Assembly (NCBI GenBank): GCA_964497185.1
Contig: CAZCBX010000006.1
Span: 49,904 to 113,903, forward strand
Source: an uncultured Bdellovibrionales bacterium
Lineage (GTDB): Bacteria; Bdellovibrionota_G; JALEGL01; JAGRMV01
Reading direction: 5' to 3'
DNA: 64,000 nt
Shown: positions 50,858 through 59,719 of the stretch, piece after piece
How positions within the stretch are numbered: position 1 is the stretch's first letter
Layout: every line of letters begins with the position of its first letter
Notes under the pieces: model-generated
Seen by the model: only the letters and a program-made list of their open reading frames with translations
Database searches by the model: none
What the model was told of the DNA's origin: nothing
Made by a program: the position numbers and the translations under genes

Positions 50858-51724
50858 TTATCGTCCTTTTTTTAGAATCTCTAACAATGAGCTATCAGGG
50901 CTGAGATAGATCTCGGTGCCTTCTTGAAAGATTTTTTTATAGCTATCCAGCGTTCGCGTAAACTCATAAAAATCTGGATCTTGGTTGTATGCATTGGCGT
51001 AAATTTTGGTCGACATGGCATCGCCCTCACCTCGAATGATTTCAGACTCTTTTTTGGCATTGGCTTGAATGATGCGCGCCTCTTTTTCAGCCTGCGATCG
51101 AATTTTTTTGGCTTCTTCTTCGCCCTCCGACCGATACTTTTTGGCCAGCTGTTCCCGTTCGGTCCGCATGCGGGCAAAAACATTGCGCGTATTTTCTTCT
51201 GGCAAGTCAGCGCGCTTGATTCGAACATCCACCACCTCAATGCCGTAATTTTCCCGCGCAATGGTCTCATTGGAAATCGCAAGCGCCTGCTCGCACAACT
51301 CAGAACGTTTTTCCGAAATCAACGCCTTTAACGTATTTTGCCCAAGCACTTCACGCAACGCAGAGTAAATCACATCATCCAAACGAGATACGGCCCCATT
51401 GACCGTGCGCACTGATTTATAAAATTTAAGGGGGTCAGTGATTTTCCAGCGGGAGTAGTTGTCCACCAACACTTGCTGTTTGTCCCCTGTAATCAATACA
51501 CGGGGATCGGCATCGTATTCAAGCAGCCGTTTTTCAAACTCAACCACATTTTGAATCAAAGGCTTTTTAAAATGCAAGCCTGCATTCACCACCGTTCGTT
51601 TGGGTTTGCCAAGCTCGATCACAATGGCCTGCTGCCACTCCTGAACGATAAACGTAGCGCTATTGATTAAAATTGCCAGTCCAACAAAAATTAGCAAATA
51701 AACTGAAAACTTCGCGTTCTTCAC
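50858..51724 (-). CDS. hflC: Protease modulator HflC
   Basis: SPFH domain, GIEVVDVRIKRADLP, RMRTERE, RGEGDA, FYEFTRTL; follows hflK. Confidence 0.95.
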   Translation of the reverse strand: MKNAKFSVYLLIFVGLAILINSATFIVQEWQQAIVIELGKPKRTVVNAGLHFKKPLIQNVVEFEKRLLEYDADPRVLITGDKQQVLVDNYSRWKITDPLKFYKSVRTVNGAVSRLDDVIYSALREVLGQNTLKALISEKRSELCEQALAISNETIARENYGIEVVDVRIKRADLPEENTRNVFARMRTEREQLAKKYRSEGEEEAKKIRSQAEKEARIIQANAKKESEIIRGEGDAMSTKIYANAYNQDPDFYEFTRTLDSYKKIFQEGTEIYLSPDSSLLEILKKGR

Positions 51725-52734
51725 TTAGAACTCCCTTTTTTTAATTCACGAACATTCATATAAGGCACCACGCTGCCCGACACACCGCTATCTAAAATGG
51801 TGATATCCATTTTGGGTAGAATCTCTTCCATGGTTTCCAAGTACACACGGGTTTTTGTGACATTTTTACCCCGCTGGTACTCTTTTAAAAAAGCCAAGTA
51901 ACGGTTGGCTTCCCCTTGCGCTTCTGTCACGCGTGCTTCTCGGTATGCTTCAGCTTCATTGATTTCACGGGCAGCTTCCCCGCGCGCAGCTGGAATCACA
52001 TCGTTGCTAAAGCCCATGGCTTCATTGATTTTTCGTTCCTTATCCTGCTGGGCTGAAATAACATCTTTAAACGCATCGTTAACCTGATCGGGCGGATTAA
52101 CATCCTGTAACTTGACAGTGACCACTTGAATGCCCGAGTCATAGTCGTCCATGTATTGCTGAATAATTTTCTGCGCTTCCACTTGCACCAACGCTTTGCC
52201 TTCCGTTAACACCAAATCAATTTCGTTTTTTCCTATAACTTCACGCATGGCACTCTCGGAGGCATCACGCAGCGTACCGGCTGGATCTCGAACGTAGAAT
52301 AAATATTTAAGCGGGTCGTTGACTCTGTACTGCACGATGAATTCCAAGCTCACAATGTTTTCATCACCAGTCAACATCAGCGCCTCATTGTTAATTTGTT
52401 GATAGCGCGCAGGTGGACCGACCGCAATGGTGCGAAACCCCACTTCTAATTTTTGGACGCGCGTCACGGGCACTTTGATGGTTTCACCGATGGGTCGGGG
52501 CCAGTTCCAGCTTAACCCAGGCGCTTGGGTGCGTTGGTATTTACCAAACACCAACAAAACAGCTTCTTGATCGGGTTGAACCGTAAAAAAACCGGACAAC
52601 CCCCATAAAATCACCAGCACCACCAAAACAGTGGATGCCTTTTGAAATATTTTTCCAAAACCTGCTTTTATTTTGGCAATGGCTGCGTCAATGTCAGCTT
52701 GTGAGTACGGTGGTTGATTGTAGCCGTTGGCCAT
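51721..52734 (-). CDS. hflK: FtsH protease modulator HflK
   Basis: MLTGDENIV, SAMREVIG, DVNPP.QV.DAF.DV, EAQGEA.R. Confidence 0.95.
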   Translation of the reverse strand: MANGYNQPPYSQADIDAAIAKIKAGFGKIFQKASTVLVVLVILWGLSGFFTVQPDQEAVLLVFGKYQRTQAPGLSWNWPRPIGETIKVPVTRVQKLEVGFRTIAVGPPARYQQINNEALMLTGDENIVSLEFIVQYRVNDPLKYLFYVRDPAGTLRDASESAMREVIGKNEIDLVLTEGKALVQVEAQKIIQQYMDDYDSGIQVVTVKLQDVNPPDQVNDAFKDVISAQQDKERKINEAMGFSNDVIPAARGEAAREINEAEAYREARVTEAQGEANRYLAFLKEYQRGKNVTKTRVYLETMEEILPKMDITILDSGVSGSVVPYMNVRELKKGSSK

Positions 52735-52815
52735 GCATATCTCCTGTGGGAATGTTAATCAGACTGGCATAGGTCATAACAAGGCCATCACACAAGTCAA
52801 TGTTCTTGCATCTAG

Positions 52816-53724
52816 TTATACGACTTTGGCAGATTGGGTTTGCGTTCGATGCCGATGAACCAAAATCAGTGCTGTCACAATCAAACACACACCAATCCAC
52901 TCAAACACGTTGGGCCAGCGATTTAACACCAAGGCATCCACCGCAATGGCCACAAATGGGATAAGATAGTTTAAAGACGCCGCCTTTACGCTGCCCCATT
53001 CGTGAATGAGATGATAAAACATCAACATGGCCAAGGTTGTGGAACAAAAAGATAAGTAAAAAACGCCCACCATGGCCTTCGGGTGTGCTTGAAGCTCCGA
53101 CCACGTGGGCAAAGTCTCTCCCACTGCCCACGACAAGGCCAAAAGAAGAATGCTGGATGTAAAGGTTTGAATGATCACAGACCATACCAAATCAATCTGC
53201 CGCCCGTATTTGCGCGTACCCACCACATTAATAGAGTAAGATATGGCCATGACCACGATGGCCACCATGCCCCAAAAGGTTTGATTGTCTGAAAAATCCA
53301 TTTGAATCGACGGCCAAAATATAAAGCCCATTCCTATAAAGCCGATCAACACGCCCACCATGCCCATACGCGACAGACGGTCGGAAGGAATAACAAACCA
53401 GGCCATCAGCAGGGAAAAAATGGGGACGCTTCCGTTGAGCATACCGGCCAGCGAAGGGTCAATGTATTGTTGGCCCCAAAACAAACACGCCCACGGAATG
53501 GTAAAAGCAAACAACCCCATAATCGTCCATTTAAATACAATGCCATATTCTTTAAGGGGGCAGGGTCGCTGCGAGATCATCAAGTATCCACCCAGGAAAA
53601 TCACGGTTAAAAACACACGCAAAAAAGCTGAAAAAAATGGCGGAAACACCTCCAAAACGTATTTAATCGCAATAAACGAACAGCCCCACAGTATGGCGTT
53701 GAGTATGAACAAAATGCGATTCAT
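52816..53724 (-). CDS. DMT/EamA family transporter
   Basis: LWGCSFIAIK, two EamA-like halves, about 10 TM. Confidence 0.9.
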   Translation of the reverse strand: MNRILFILNAILWGCSFIAIKYVLEVFPPFFSAFLRVFLTVIFLGGYLMISQRPCPLKEYGIVFKWTIMGLFAFTIPWACLFWGQQYIDPSLAGMLNGSVPIFSLLMAWFVIPSDRLSRMGMVGVLIGFIGMGFIFWPSIQMDFSDNQTFWGMVAIVVMAISYSINVVGTRKYGRQIDLVWSVIIQTFTSSILLLALSWAVGETLPTWSELQAHPKAMVGVFYLSFCSTTLAMLMFYHLIHEWGSVKAASLNYLIPFVAIAVDALVLNRWPNVFEWIGVCLIVTALILVHRHRTQTQSAKVV

Positions 53725-53803
53725 GGCTGGGGTGTATCTTACATCTCAGCCCCCGACAAGAAAACTTGTTTACAACCCTTAACTTTGATATTCAAGCGCC
53801 ACT

Positions 53804-54157
53804 TTGATCGAAATTTTAAAATGCAAAATCCACGGCGCCATCGCCACCGGCGCAGACAAAGACTACGAAGGCAGCATCCTCATCGACAAAAACTGGATGG
53901 AGATGGCTGGCATCTTGGAATACGAAAAAGTCCACGTCTGGAACCGAGACAATGGCACACGCCACGTCACTTATGCCATCGCGGGTGAAGCTGGGTCCGG
54001 TGCCATCATATCCAATGGCCCTGCTGCCCACTTGGTCAACTCAGGCGATCGACTCATCATTGCCGCGTTTGTTCAAATTGAAGAAGCACGTGCGCCTTAC
54101 TTCAAGCCCAAAATCATCCTCTTCGATCAAGACCGACAAGCTTATTTAAAAAAATAA
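53804..54157 (+). CDS. panD: Aspartate 1-decarboxylase
   Basis: KIH, YEGSI.ID (Gly-Ser autocleavage site), NG.R..TYAI.G, NGPAAH. Confidence 0.93.
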   Translation: MIEILKCKIHGAIATGADKDYEGSILIDKNWMEMAGILEYEKVHVWNRDNGTRHVTYAIAGEAGSGAIISNGPAAHLVNSGDRLIIAAFVQIEEARAPYFKPKIILFDQDRQAYLKK

Positions 54158-54161
54158 TTTT

Positions 54162-55028
54162 TTACGCCTTGGTGGGTGATAACGGCGGCGTCTGCCCCTT
54201 CATCAACATGTCAAAATTTTTGGCCTCAAATTGAAGTGCAGAATAAAAAGGCCCAAACTCTGCATAATGGGCGCTGGCTTCATCAAAGCGCATTTCATAA
54301 ATGAGTTCTTTAAAAACTTTGGGGTCCGAAGCAAATAAATCCACGCCCCACTCCCAGTCGTCACTGCCAATGCTGCCGGAAATAATTTGCTGCACGCGGC
54401 CAGCATATTTGCGCCCCACCATACCGTGCTCAAACATCATCCGTGATCGATCTTTCATGCTTTCAGTGTACCAATTGTATTTTTCGCCTCGTCGTTTGTC
54501 CATAGGGTAAAAACAGAGGTAGCGCTCTTTGGGAATTTCACAGAAAATACGCCCGCCCATGCGATTGTACTGATCTTGCATGCGCTCTTGCCACCCAGCT
54601 TTCCATGCATCGCTGTCGGGTTTAAGACCTTGCTGCAACAATTCATCATGAATTTTTTGGGTCATGGCATACATACCCAGTTCTACAATAGACACATACG
54701 ACGTGGTGGGTGATAAATAGGAATAGAGGGCCAATTGTTTGATGGTTAATTCAACTTGATTCAGGTCATCAAAGGTTGGACGAAAGTGCAAAAACATCAG
54801 GTCGGCTTTGTGGCCAAGCACGCTAAACCAGCCAGAATGGCCTTGCTCCGGATGGGTCAATGTTTGAAAGCATTCGGTGGCTTCCGCCACAATTTGGTCT
54901 CGGGTGGCTGGGTCTAACTGATGCAGCCGAGCCCAATCCACCGAGTAAAATTCATGAAGCGCGGCCCAGCCATCCAAGGTGGCTGGTACAATGCACTGAG
55001 TGGAAGCAGATGAGTCTATTGGTTTCAT
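54162..55028 (-). CDS. Chlorite dismutase superfamily protein, coproheme decarboxylase (HemQ/ChdC)-like
   Basis: GHKADLM, SYVSIVELGMY, CFYPMDKRR, NWY, EHG..GRKYAG, DDWEWGV.LF, MRFDEASA.YAEFGPF. Confidence 0.88.
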   Translation of the reverse strand: MKPIDSSASTQCIVPATLDGWAALHEFYSVDWARLHQLDPATRDQIVAEATECFQTLTHPEQGHSGWFSVLGHKADLMFLHFRPTFDDLNQVELTIKQLALYSYLSPTTSYVSIVELGMYAMTQKIHDELLQQGLKPDSDAWKAGWQERMQDQYNRMGGRIFCEIPKERYLCFYPMDKRRGEKYNWYTESMKDRSRMMFEHGMVGRKYAGRVQQIISGSIGSDDWEWGVDLFASDPKVFKELIYEMRFDEASAHYAEFGPFYSALQFEAKNFDMLMKGQTPPLSPTKA

Positions 55029-55030
55029 GG

Positions 55031-55495
55031 TTATGCTTTTATCGCATGGTGGGTGGTTTGTCGAATGGCTTCAAACAATCCAATGCCCACCGAGGTGGAT
55101 AAATTTAAGCTCCGAACGGGGCCGCCCATGGGTATTTGCACCAGCTGATGGGCCCTTGCTTTTTTAAAGTTGTCAGGCAAGCCTTGGGTTTCACTGCCAA
55201 ACACCAGCACGGTGTCTGGGGTGTACGTCACTTCCCAATACGGACGCGTGGCAAACCTTGAAAACAAAACCATGGGCCGCTGCCCCACACTGGAGGCCAA
55301 AAAAGCGTCCAAGCTTGGGTGCACCGTCAAATCCAAATGCTGCCAATAATCCAGCCCTGCTCTTTTCACCTGGCGATCATCCAAGGTGTAGCCCAACGGC
55401 TCCACCAAATGCAGCCGCGTCTGAGTGGACACGCAGGTGCGGCCAACATTGCCTGTGTTCCAAGGGATTTGCGGATGTACGAGCACAATGTCCAT
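55031..55495 (-). CDS. trmL: tRNA (cytidine(34)-2'-O)-methyltransferase
   Basis: PQIPWNTGN.GR, RAGLDYW, FGSETQGL, VRSLNLS. Confidence 0.94.
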   Translation of the reverse strand: MDIVLVHPQIPWNTGNVGRTCVSTQTRLHLVEPLGYTLDDRQVKRAGLDYWQHLDLTVHPSLDAFLASSVGQRPMVLFSRFATRPYWEVTYTPDTVLVFGSETQGLPDNFKKARAHQLVQIPMGGPVRSLNLSTSVGIGLFEAIRQTTHHAIKA

Positions 55496-55600
55496 AGGGG
55501 TGGGTATACCTGATCTTTGCAAACGCGTCTTTGTAAAATATCCAGCGCAAGACCGCTTAAGGACGTAGTCACACGCGCGCTTTCATGATAACAATAACCC

Positions 55601-56176
55601 ATGGCACGAAAAGAGCAGCGCGCACCCTACTTTTTATGGGTGGACTTAGAAATGACCGGTCTCATCCCTGAGCAAGAACGCATTATCGAGATTGCAGCCA
55701 TCGTGACCGACTACCACCTAGAACCCCAAGCCACTTTTCATGAAGTCATCCATCAGCCACAAGAATTCATCGACAACATGGACGACTGGAACAAAAAAAC
55801 CCACGGCAAAACAGGCTTGATTGACAAAATCCCGCATGGCAAACCCATCGAACAAGTCGAGCAAGAATTTCTATATTTTTTAAATCAGTTTTATGAAGCC
55901 AACGAAGCCATCATTTTGTGTGGCAACTCCATCAGCCAGGACAAAGCCTTTATCAAACTGTACATGGAAAGATTGGATCAGCGCCTCCACTACCGCATCA
56001 TCGACATTTCATCCATCAAAGAAATTTTTCAGCGCATTTACGATCAGAAATTTGATAAACGTGAATCCCATAAGGCCGTAGAAGATATCGAAGATTCCAT
56101 CAACGAGCTTAAATATTATATGTCGTTTATCAATTTACCCATGCTTCCCTCGGGTAAAACCTCGGCGCAGCTATAA
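55601..56176 (+). CDS. orn: Oligoribonuclease
   Basis: WVDLEMTGL, IIEIA.IVTD, CGNSI.QD..F, LHYRIIDISS, H.A.EDI.DSI.EL. Confidence 0.95.
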   Translation: MARKEQRAPYFLWVDLEMTGLIPEQERIIEIAAIVTDYHLEPQATFHEVIHQPQEFIDNMDDWNKKTHGKTGLIDKIPHGKPIEQVEQEFLYFLNQFYEANEAIILCGNSISQDKAFIKLYMERLDQRLHYRIIDISSIKEIFQRIYDQKFDKRESHKAVEDIEDSINELKYYMSFINLPMLPSGKTSAQL

Positions 56177-56644
56177 CGCTTGCGCTTTTGCAGTTTCGAT
56201 CAAAGCTTGCACCGATTGACCGAGCTCTGGATGCGTCCAGTTGGGTGCGATTTCCGCTAGCGGCTCCAACACAAACAAACGCTGGTGCATGCGTGGATGC
56301 GGAACCACAAGCCCTTGTTCACGAATAATGCGCCCTTGGTAATCAATTAAATCCAAATCCACTGGTCGCGGCAAAAGCATGCCTTTCTCGCTGGTATTGC
56401 GACCCAAATCGGCCTCAATTTGAAACAACGCCGCCAACAGCTCTTCGGGCGACAATCGCGTATGCAATTCAACCACGCCATTGATATAAGGATTTTGTGT
56501 CCCTTGCACGCCCCAAGGCTGCGTTTCAATCAAACGGGATTGGGCCGCGAGCTCTCCAAGACAACCCATCGCTTGCACCGCTTGCAACAGCGAGGCTCGC
56601 ACATCCCCCTGATTGCCACCCAACGCAATGTAACAACGATTCAT
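56171..56644 (-). CDS. folK: 2-amino-4-hydroxy-6-hydroxymethyldihydropteridine diphosphokinase
   Basis: YIALGGNQG, IE..LGR, PRPVDLDLI, VPHPRM.QR.FVL.PL.EIAP. Confidence 0.95.
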   Translation of the reverse strand: MNRCYIALGGNQGDVRASLLQAVQAMGCLGELAAQSRLIETQPWGVQGTQNPYINGVVELHTRLSPEELLAALFQIEADLGRNTSEKGMLLPRPVDLDLIDYQGRIIREQGLVVPHPRMHQRLFVLEPLAEIAPNWTHPELGQSVQALIETAKAQAL

Positions 56645-56689
56645 CACCCACCCATACTACCCAAACCAAAAAAAACCAAGTCCCCTCCA

Positions 56690-56801
56690 CCCTCCGTCCC
56701 CAAAGGGACAGTCCCTTTGGGGACGGAGGGGTTCGGGGGCAGTCTGGGTGTAGATTTTGTGTTTTGACGCATCCTAGCCTCCGTCCCCTTGGGGACGGAG
56801 G
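56690..56801. repeat. REP-like palindrome doublet (second copy)
   Basis: CCCTCCGTCCCCAAAGGGAC-A-GTCCCTTTGGGGACGGAGGG, then CCTCCGTCCCC-TT-GGGGACGGAGG. Confidence 0.9.
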
Positions 56802-56867
56802 GTTTTGCACATCCACCCAACTTCTTCAATCATTGGCGTCCTATGCATTCCCTGATAAAAGCATACT

Positions 56868-57677
56868 GTGACTCTTTGGGAATCTGTCATTTTGGGTATC
56901 ATTCAGGGCCTGACCGAATTTTTACCCGTATCTAGCTCAGGCCATCTGGCTTTGGGCCAACATCTCTTTGGCATGGATCAAGGCAATTTGTATGTTAGCG
57001 TGATGTTGCATGGTGCCACCCTTGCCGCCACGGTGGTGGTTTTTCGAAAGCGCTTAATGGGCATCAGCCAAGCCGTTCTTCAATTTGCGCGCTCGCCTCG
57101 AACTCAGCGCTGGCAAAGTCATCCCGACCGCATTCTTTTAACCTCCATGGCGCTGACCACGTTGGTCACTGGCACACTGGGCCTTGTATTTGAAGACCTT
57201 ATTACCCAAGCATTTACCTCCATGAAACTCGTGGGTGTTTGCCTTTTATGCACGGGCGGTCTGCTTTGGTTGCCCCTGCTATTGCGCAAAGCCAACAACC
57301 CCGACGGACCCATCTTATCCAAAACGGCAGCCCTCGGGGTCGGGCTGGCTCAGGCCATGGCCATTTTGCCGGGTATTTCGCGATCGGGTTCCACCCTGGC
57401 TGCATCAATGTTGGGGGGCTTAAGCCGAGAAAAAGCGGGTGAGTATGCCTTTTTAATTTCATTGCCCGTAATTGCCGGTGCGTTGCTTTTAGAAGTGCTT
57501 AAACTTAGTCCGCAAGAACAAATACCCACTGCGGTACTGGCGGCGGGCGTCATAAGTGCTTTTGTTACAGGTATGCTAGCTCTACATTTTTTATTGCGCT
57601 GGCTGGCGCACGGCAAGCTCCATTATTTTTCATGGTACTGTTGGACGGTGGGCTTGGTGGCCCTCATTTTTACCTAA
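56868..57677 (+). CDS. uppP: Undecaprenyl-diphosphate phosphatase
   Basis: QGLTEFLPVSSSGHL, AILPGISRSG.T. Confidence 0.96.
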   Translation: MTLWESVILGIIQGLTEFLPVSSSGHLALGQHLFGMDQGNLYVSVMLHGATLAATVVVFRKRLMGISQAVLQFARSPRTQRWQSHPDRILLTSMALTTLVTGTLGLVFEDLITQAFTSMKLVGVCLLCTGGLLWLPLLLRKANNPDGPILSKTAALGVGLAQAMAILPGISRSGSTLAASMLGGLSREKAGEYAFLISLPVIAGALLLEVLKLSPQEQIPTAVLAAGVISAFVTGMLALHFLLRWLAHGKLHYFSWYCWTVGLVALIFT

Positions 57678-57694
57678 ACGAAGCTTCTATACAG

Positions 57695-58471
57695 TTACGA
57701 AACAGCTCTGGGAGCCTTGGGTGCTGAATTCTGATGCGCAACAGAGTCTACCTTTGCCACTGAATGCAAACATTGGCGGATCAACTCATGCGACTTGGCC
57801 AGCCAGTCCGGCGCCTTGGCGCGAAACGATCGATGTTGCAAATGATGCCACATTTTCTTCGCGAGGGACGACTGGCCTTCACCGCCCAATGCGCTCATCC
57901 AATCATTGGATGCATCTTGACCACCATCGGCCACCGCCCGAATACAAATAAAATCCAATTCGGAGGCATCAGCAATGGCCTTGGCCCAAGGCCCCGCCAA
58001 CGCGTCCAATACATCCATCTGACTGGAGGCATGCAGCCCTGCTTTTTCTGTAACCGACGCAACATCCTTGTGCATACAAAGCACACTCTGCCATAGCGGC
58101 GAAGTCTTCGATACATCGCCTTCAAAAGCCATCACCGACAGACAAGGCTGGCGCTTCTGTTCATAAAATAGCTCTGCCGCCCAAACCGGATCGCCCACCT
58201 CAGAATGCTTGACCAACCCCGACACAAAACCATGCCCCAAACAAAGCGCCAATTGATCAAACTGCGCCAATGCACCGCGCACAGCTTTACCTGCCGCGGA
58301 TGGCTCCATCCCTGTCACCACAAATATCGCTTGCACCGCCATCGACAATCGTGGCTGAAAATAAGCAAAAGCAGGCTGCTGCTCCCAGACCACCTGCCCC
58401 TCATAACCCAAAAACCGCATCAACGCCTGCGCCTCCAAGGCCGACCCACTCAAAAACAAAATCCGATTCAT
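57695..58471 (-). CDS. Nucleoside phosphorylase/nucleosidase-fold protein (degenerate)
   Basis: SALEA, VTGM, G.GFVSGL....VGD, IRAVAD pattern of the PNP/MTAN fold; specificity not assignable. Confidence 0.55.
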   Translation of the reverse strand: MNRILFLSGSALEAQALMRFLGYEGQVVWEQQPAFAYFQPRLSMAVQAIFVVTGMEPSAAGKAVRGALAQFDQLALCLGHGFVSGLVKHSEVGDPVWAAELFYEQKRQPCLSVMAFEGDVSKTSPLWQSVLCMHKDVASVTEKAGLHASSQMDVLDALAGPWAKAIADASELDFICIRAVADGGQDASNDWMSALGGEGQSSLAKKMWHHLQHRSFRAKAPDWLAKSHELIRQCLHSVAKVDSVAHQNSAPKAPRAVS

Positions 58472-58568
58472 CCAAAAATCATACAATCGCTGCTTCAAAA
58501 GCGCAAAATAAAGAATAAAAACAAAGCCCACTTGACAGCCAATAACGCTTTGCAATATAACCATAAGC

Positions 58569-59420
58569 ATGGCTCGATTCGGGATATGCTTGTGTTTGCT
58601 GCTTACCAGTACCATAACCAATGCACAGCAACTCCATTATGCGGAAGAAGCCAAGCATTTGCTAGAGCAAACTCCCAACATCAACCTGATGGTGCTGATG
58701 TCACAGCAACCTCCCATCTATGACAATTCTGCTCTAAAAGGTATGCCCGTTGATTGCTCATTTCCACGACAAGCCACTTTTATGATTGATCACATTTCCA
58801 CCGTGAAAGAAACGCCCATGGTGGATTGGTACGGCATGCTTTTGTACGACTTTCCCCAAGCGTACATCAATCAATACCGCCAAGCCGATGAAGAAGACCA
58901 AAGCCTTGAACTGGCAGCACTCAACCTACAATTGGTGGAAGATACCTTTATGAAATTGGTGGGTAACAACCTGGGCCCAGAGGATTACGCCCATATGCAT
59001 AATCAACATCAAAAACTTGAACAACTCTGGCAACTGGACAATCAAAATCTACACCCCAAAGCGGTCATCAAAATGAAATCACTGGCTCGAAAAATTCAAC
59101 ACGTCGAGCAAACCCTCCATCGACTCTACGCCATCTTTGAACACCAAACCTCAGACTGGATGATCACCCCAATTTTTGGGTACAATGCGAGTGTATATGA
59201 AGAAGTTGTGGCGCTGGCCAATGGCATACTCGAACAAGCCAAAGCCTTCCGCCTCTACCAATACAGCGCACAAGTCCATCTACGCTATCTAGACAGCCTC
59301 AAACGCGAAGAGCCCGCTTGCAACCCAGAAGCCACTTACTGGATTGACCTACCATCCAAAACCATGCAAGACTATGGCGCCAAACCCATCGTCCTAAGCA
59401 ATCACCTCAGCGTAAATTAG
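58569..59420 (+). CDS. Hypothetical secreted alpha-helical protein
   Basis: Signal peptide MARFGICLCLLLTSTITNA; 283-aa ORF. Confidence 0.75.
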   Translation: MARFGICLCLLLTSTITNAQQLHYAEEAKHLLEQTPNINLMVLMSQQPPIYDNSALKGMPVDCSFPRQATFMIDHISTVKETPMVDWYGMLLYDFPQAYINQYRQADEEDQSLELAALNLQLVEDTFMKLVGNNLGPEDYAHMHNQHQKLEQLWQLDNQNLHPKAVIKMKSLARKIQHVEQTLHRLYAIFEHQTSDWMITPIFGYNASVYEEVVALANGILEQAKAFRLYQYSAQVHLRYLDSLKREEPACNPEATYWIDLPSKTMQDYGAKPIVLSNHLSVN

Positions 59421-59719
59421 CTTTCATCAATAAAGCCCCGAAAACCAGCCCAAAGTGTTCGTAAATCAAACTGAACGTACGAATTTTGCTAAAAAAAAAT
59501 CATCGATAAATCCCGACTATATGCATGTTAAAAGGACCTACCCCCCATCACAAGGCATTCCACGCCTTCTATTTGTGCACACTTTATTTTGGCATATTAA
59601 TTGCTTTAAATCTGAATAAAAAGAATCAATGAAGCCCATTGTTTCTATTGATCTTAAAAGCTTCAATATGGTACAAATAAAGCCCGTTATAATACAGTGC
59701 GTTATTTTTGGAGAAAAAC

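Noticed and set aside
56690-56730. Similarity of CCCTCCGTCCC to plant Stowaway MITE termini
   Set aside because: Short match with no TA target duplication or terminal CTC/GAG, in a clearly bacterial context; treated as coincidence.
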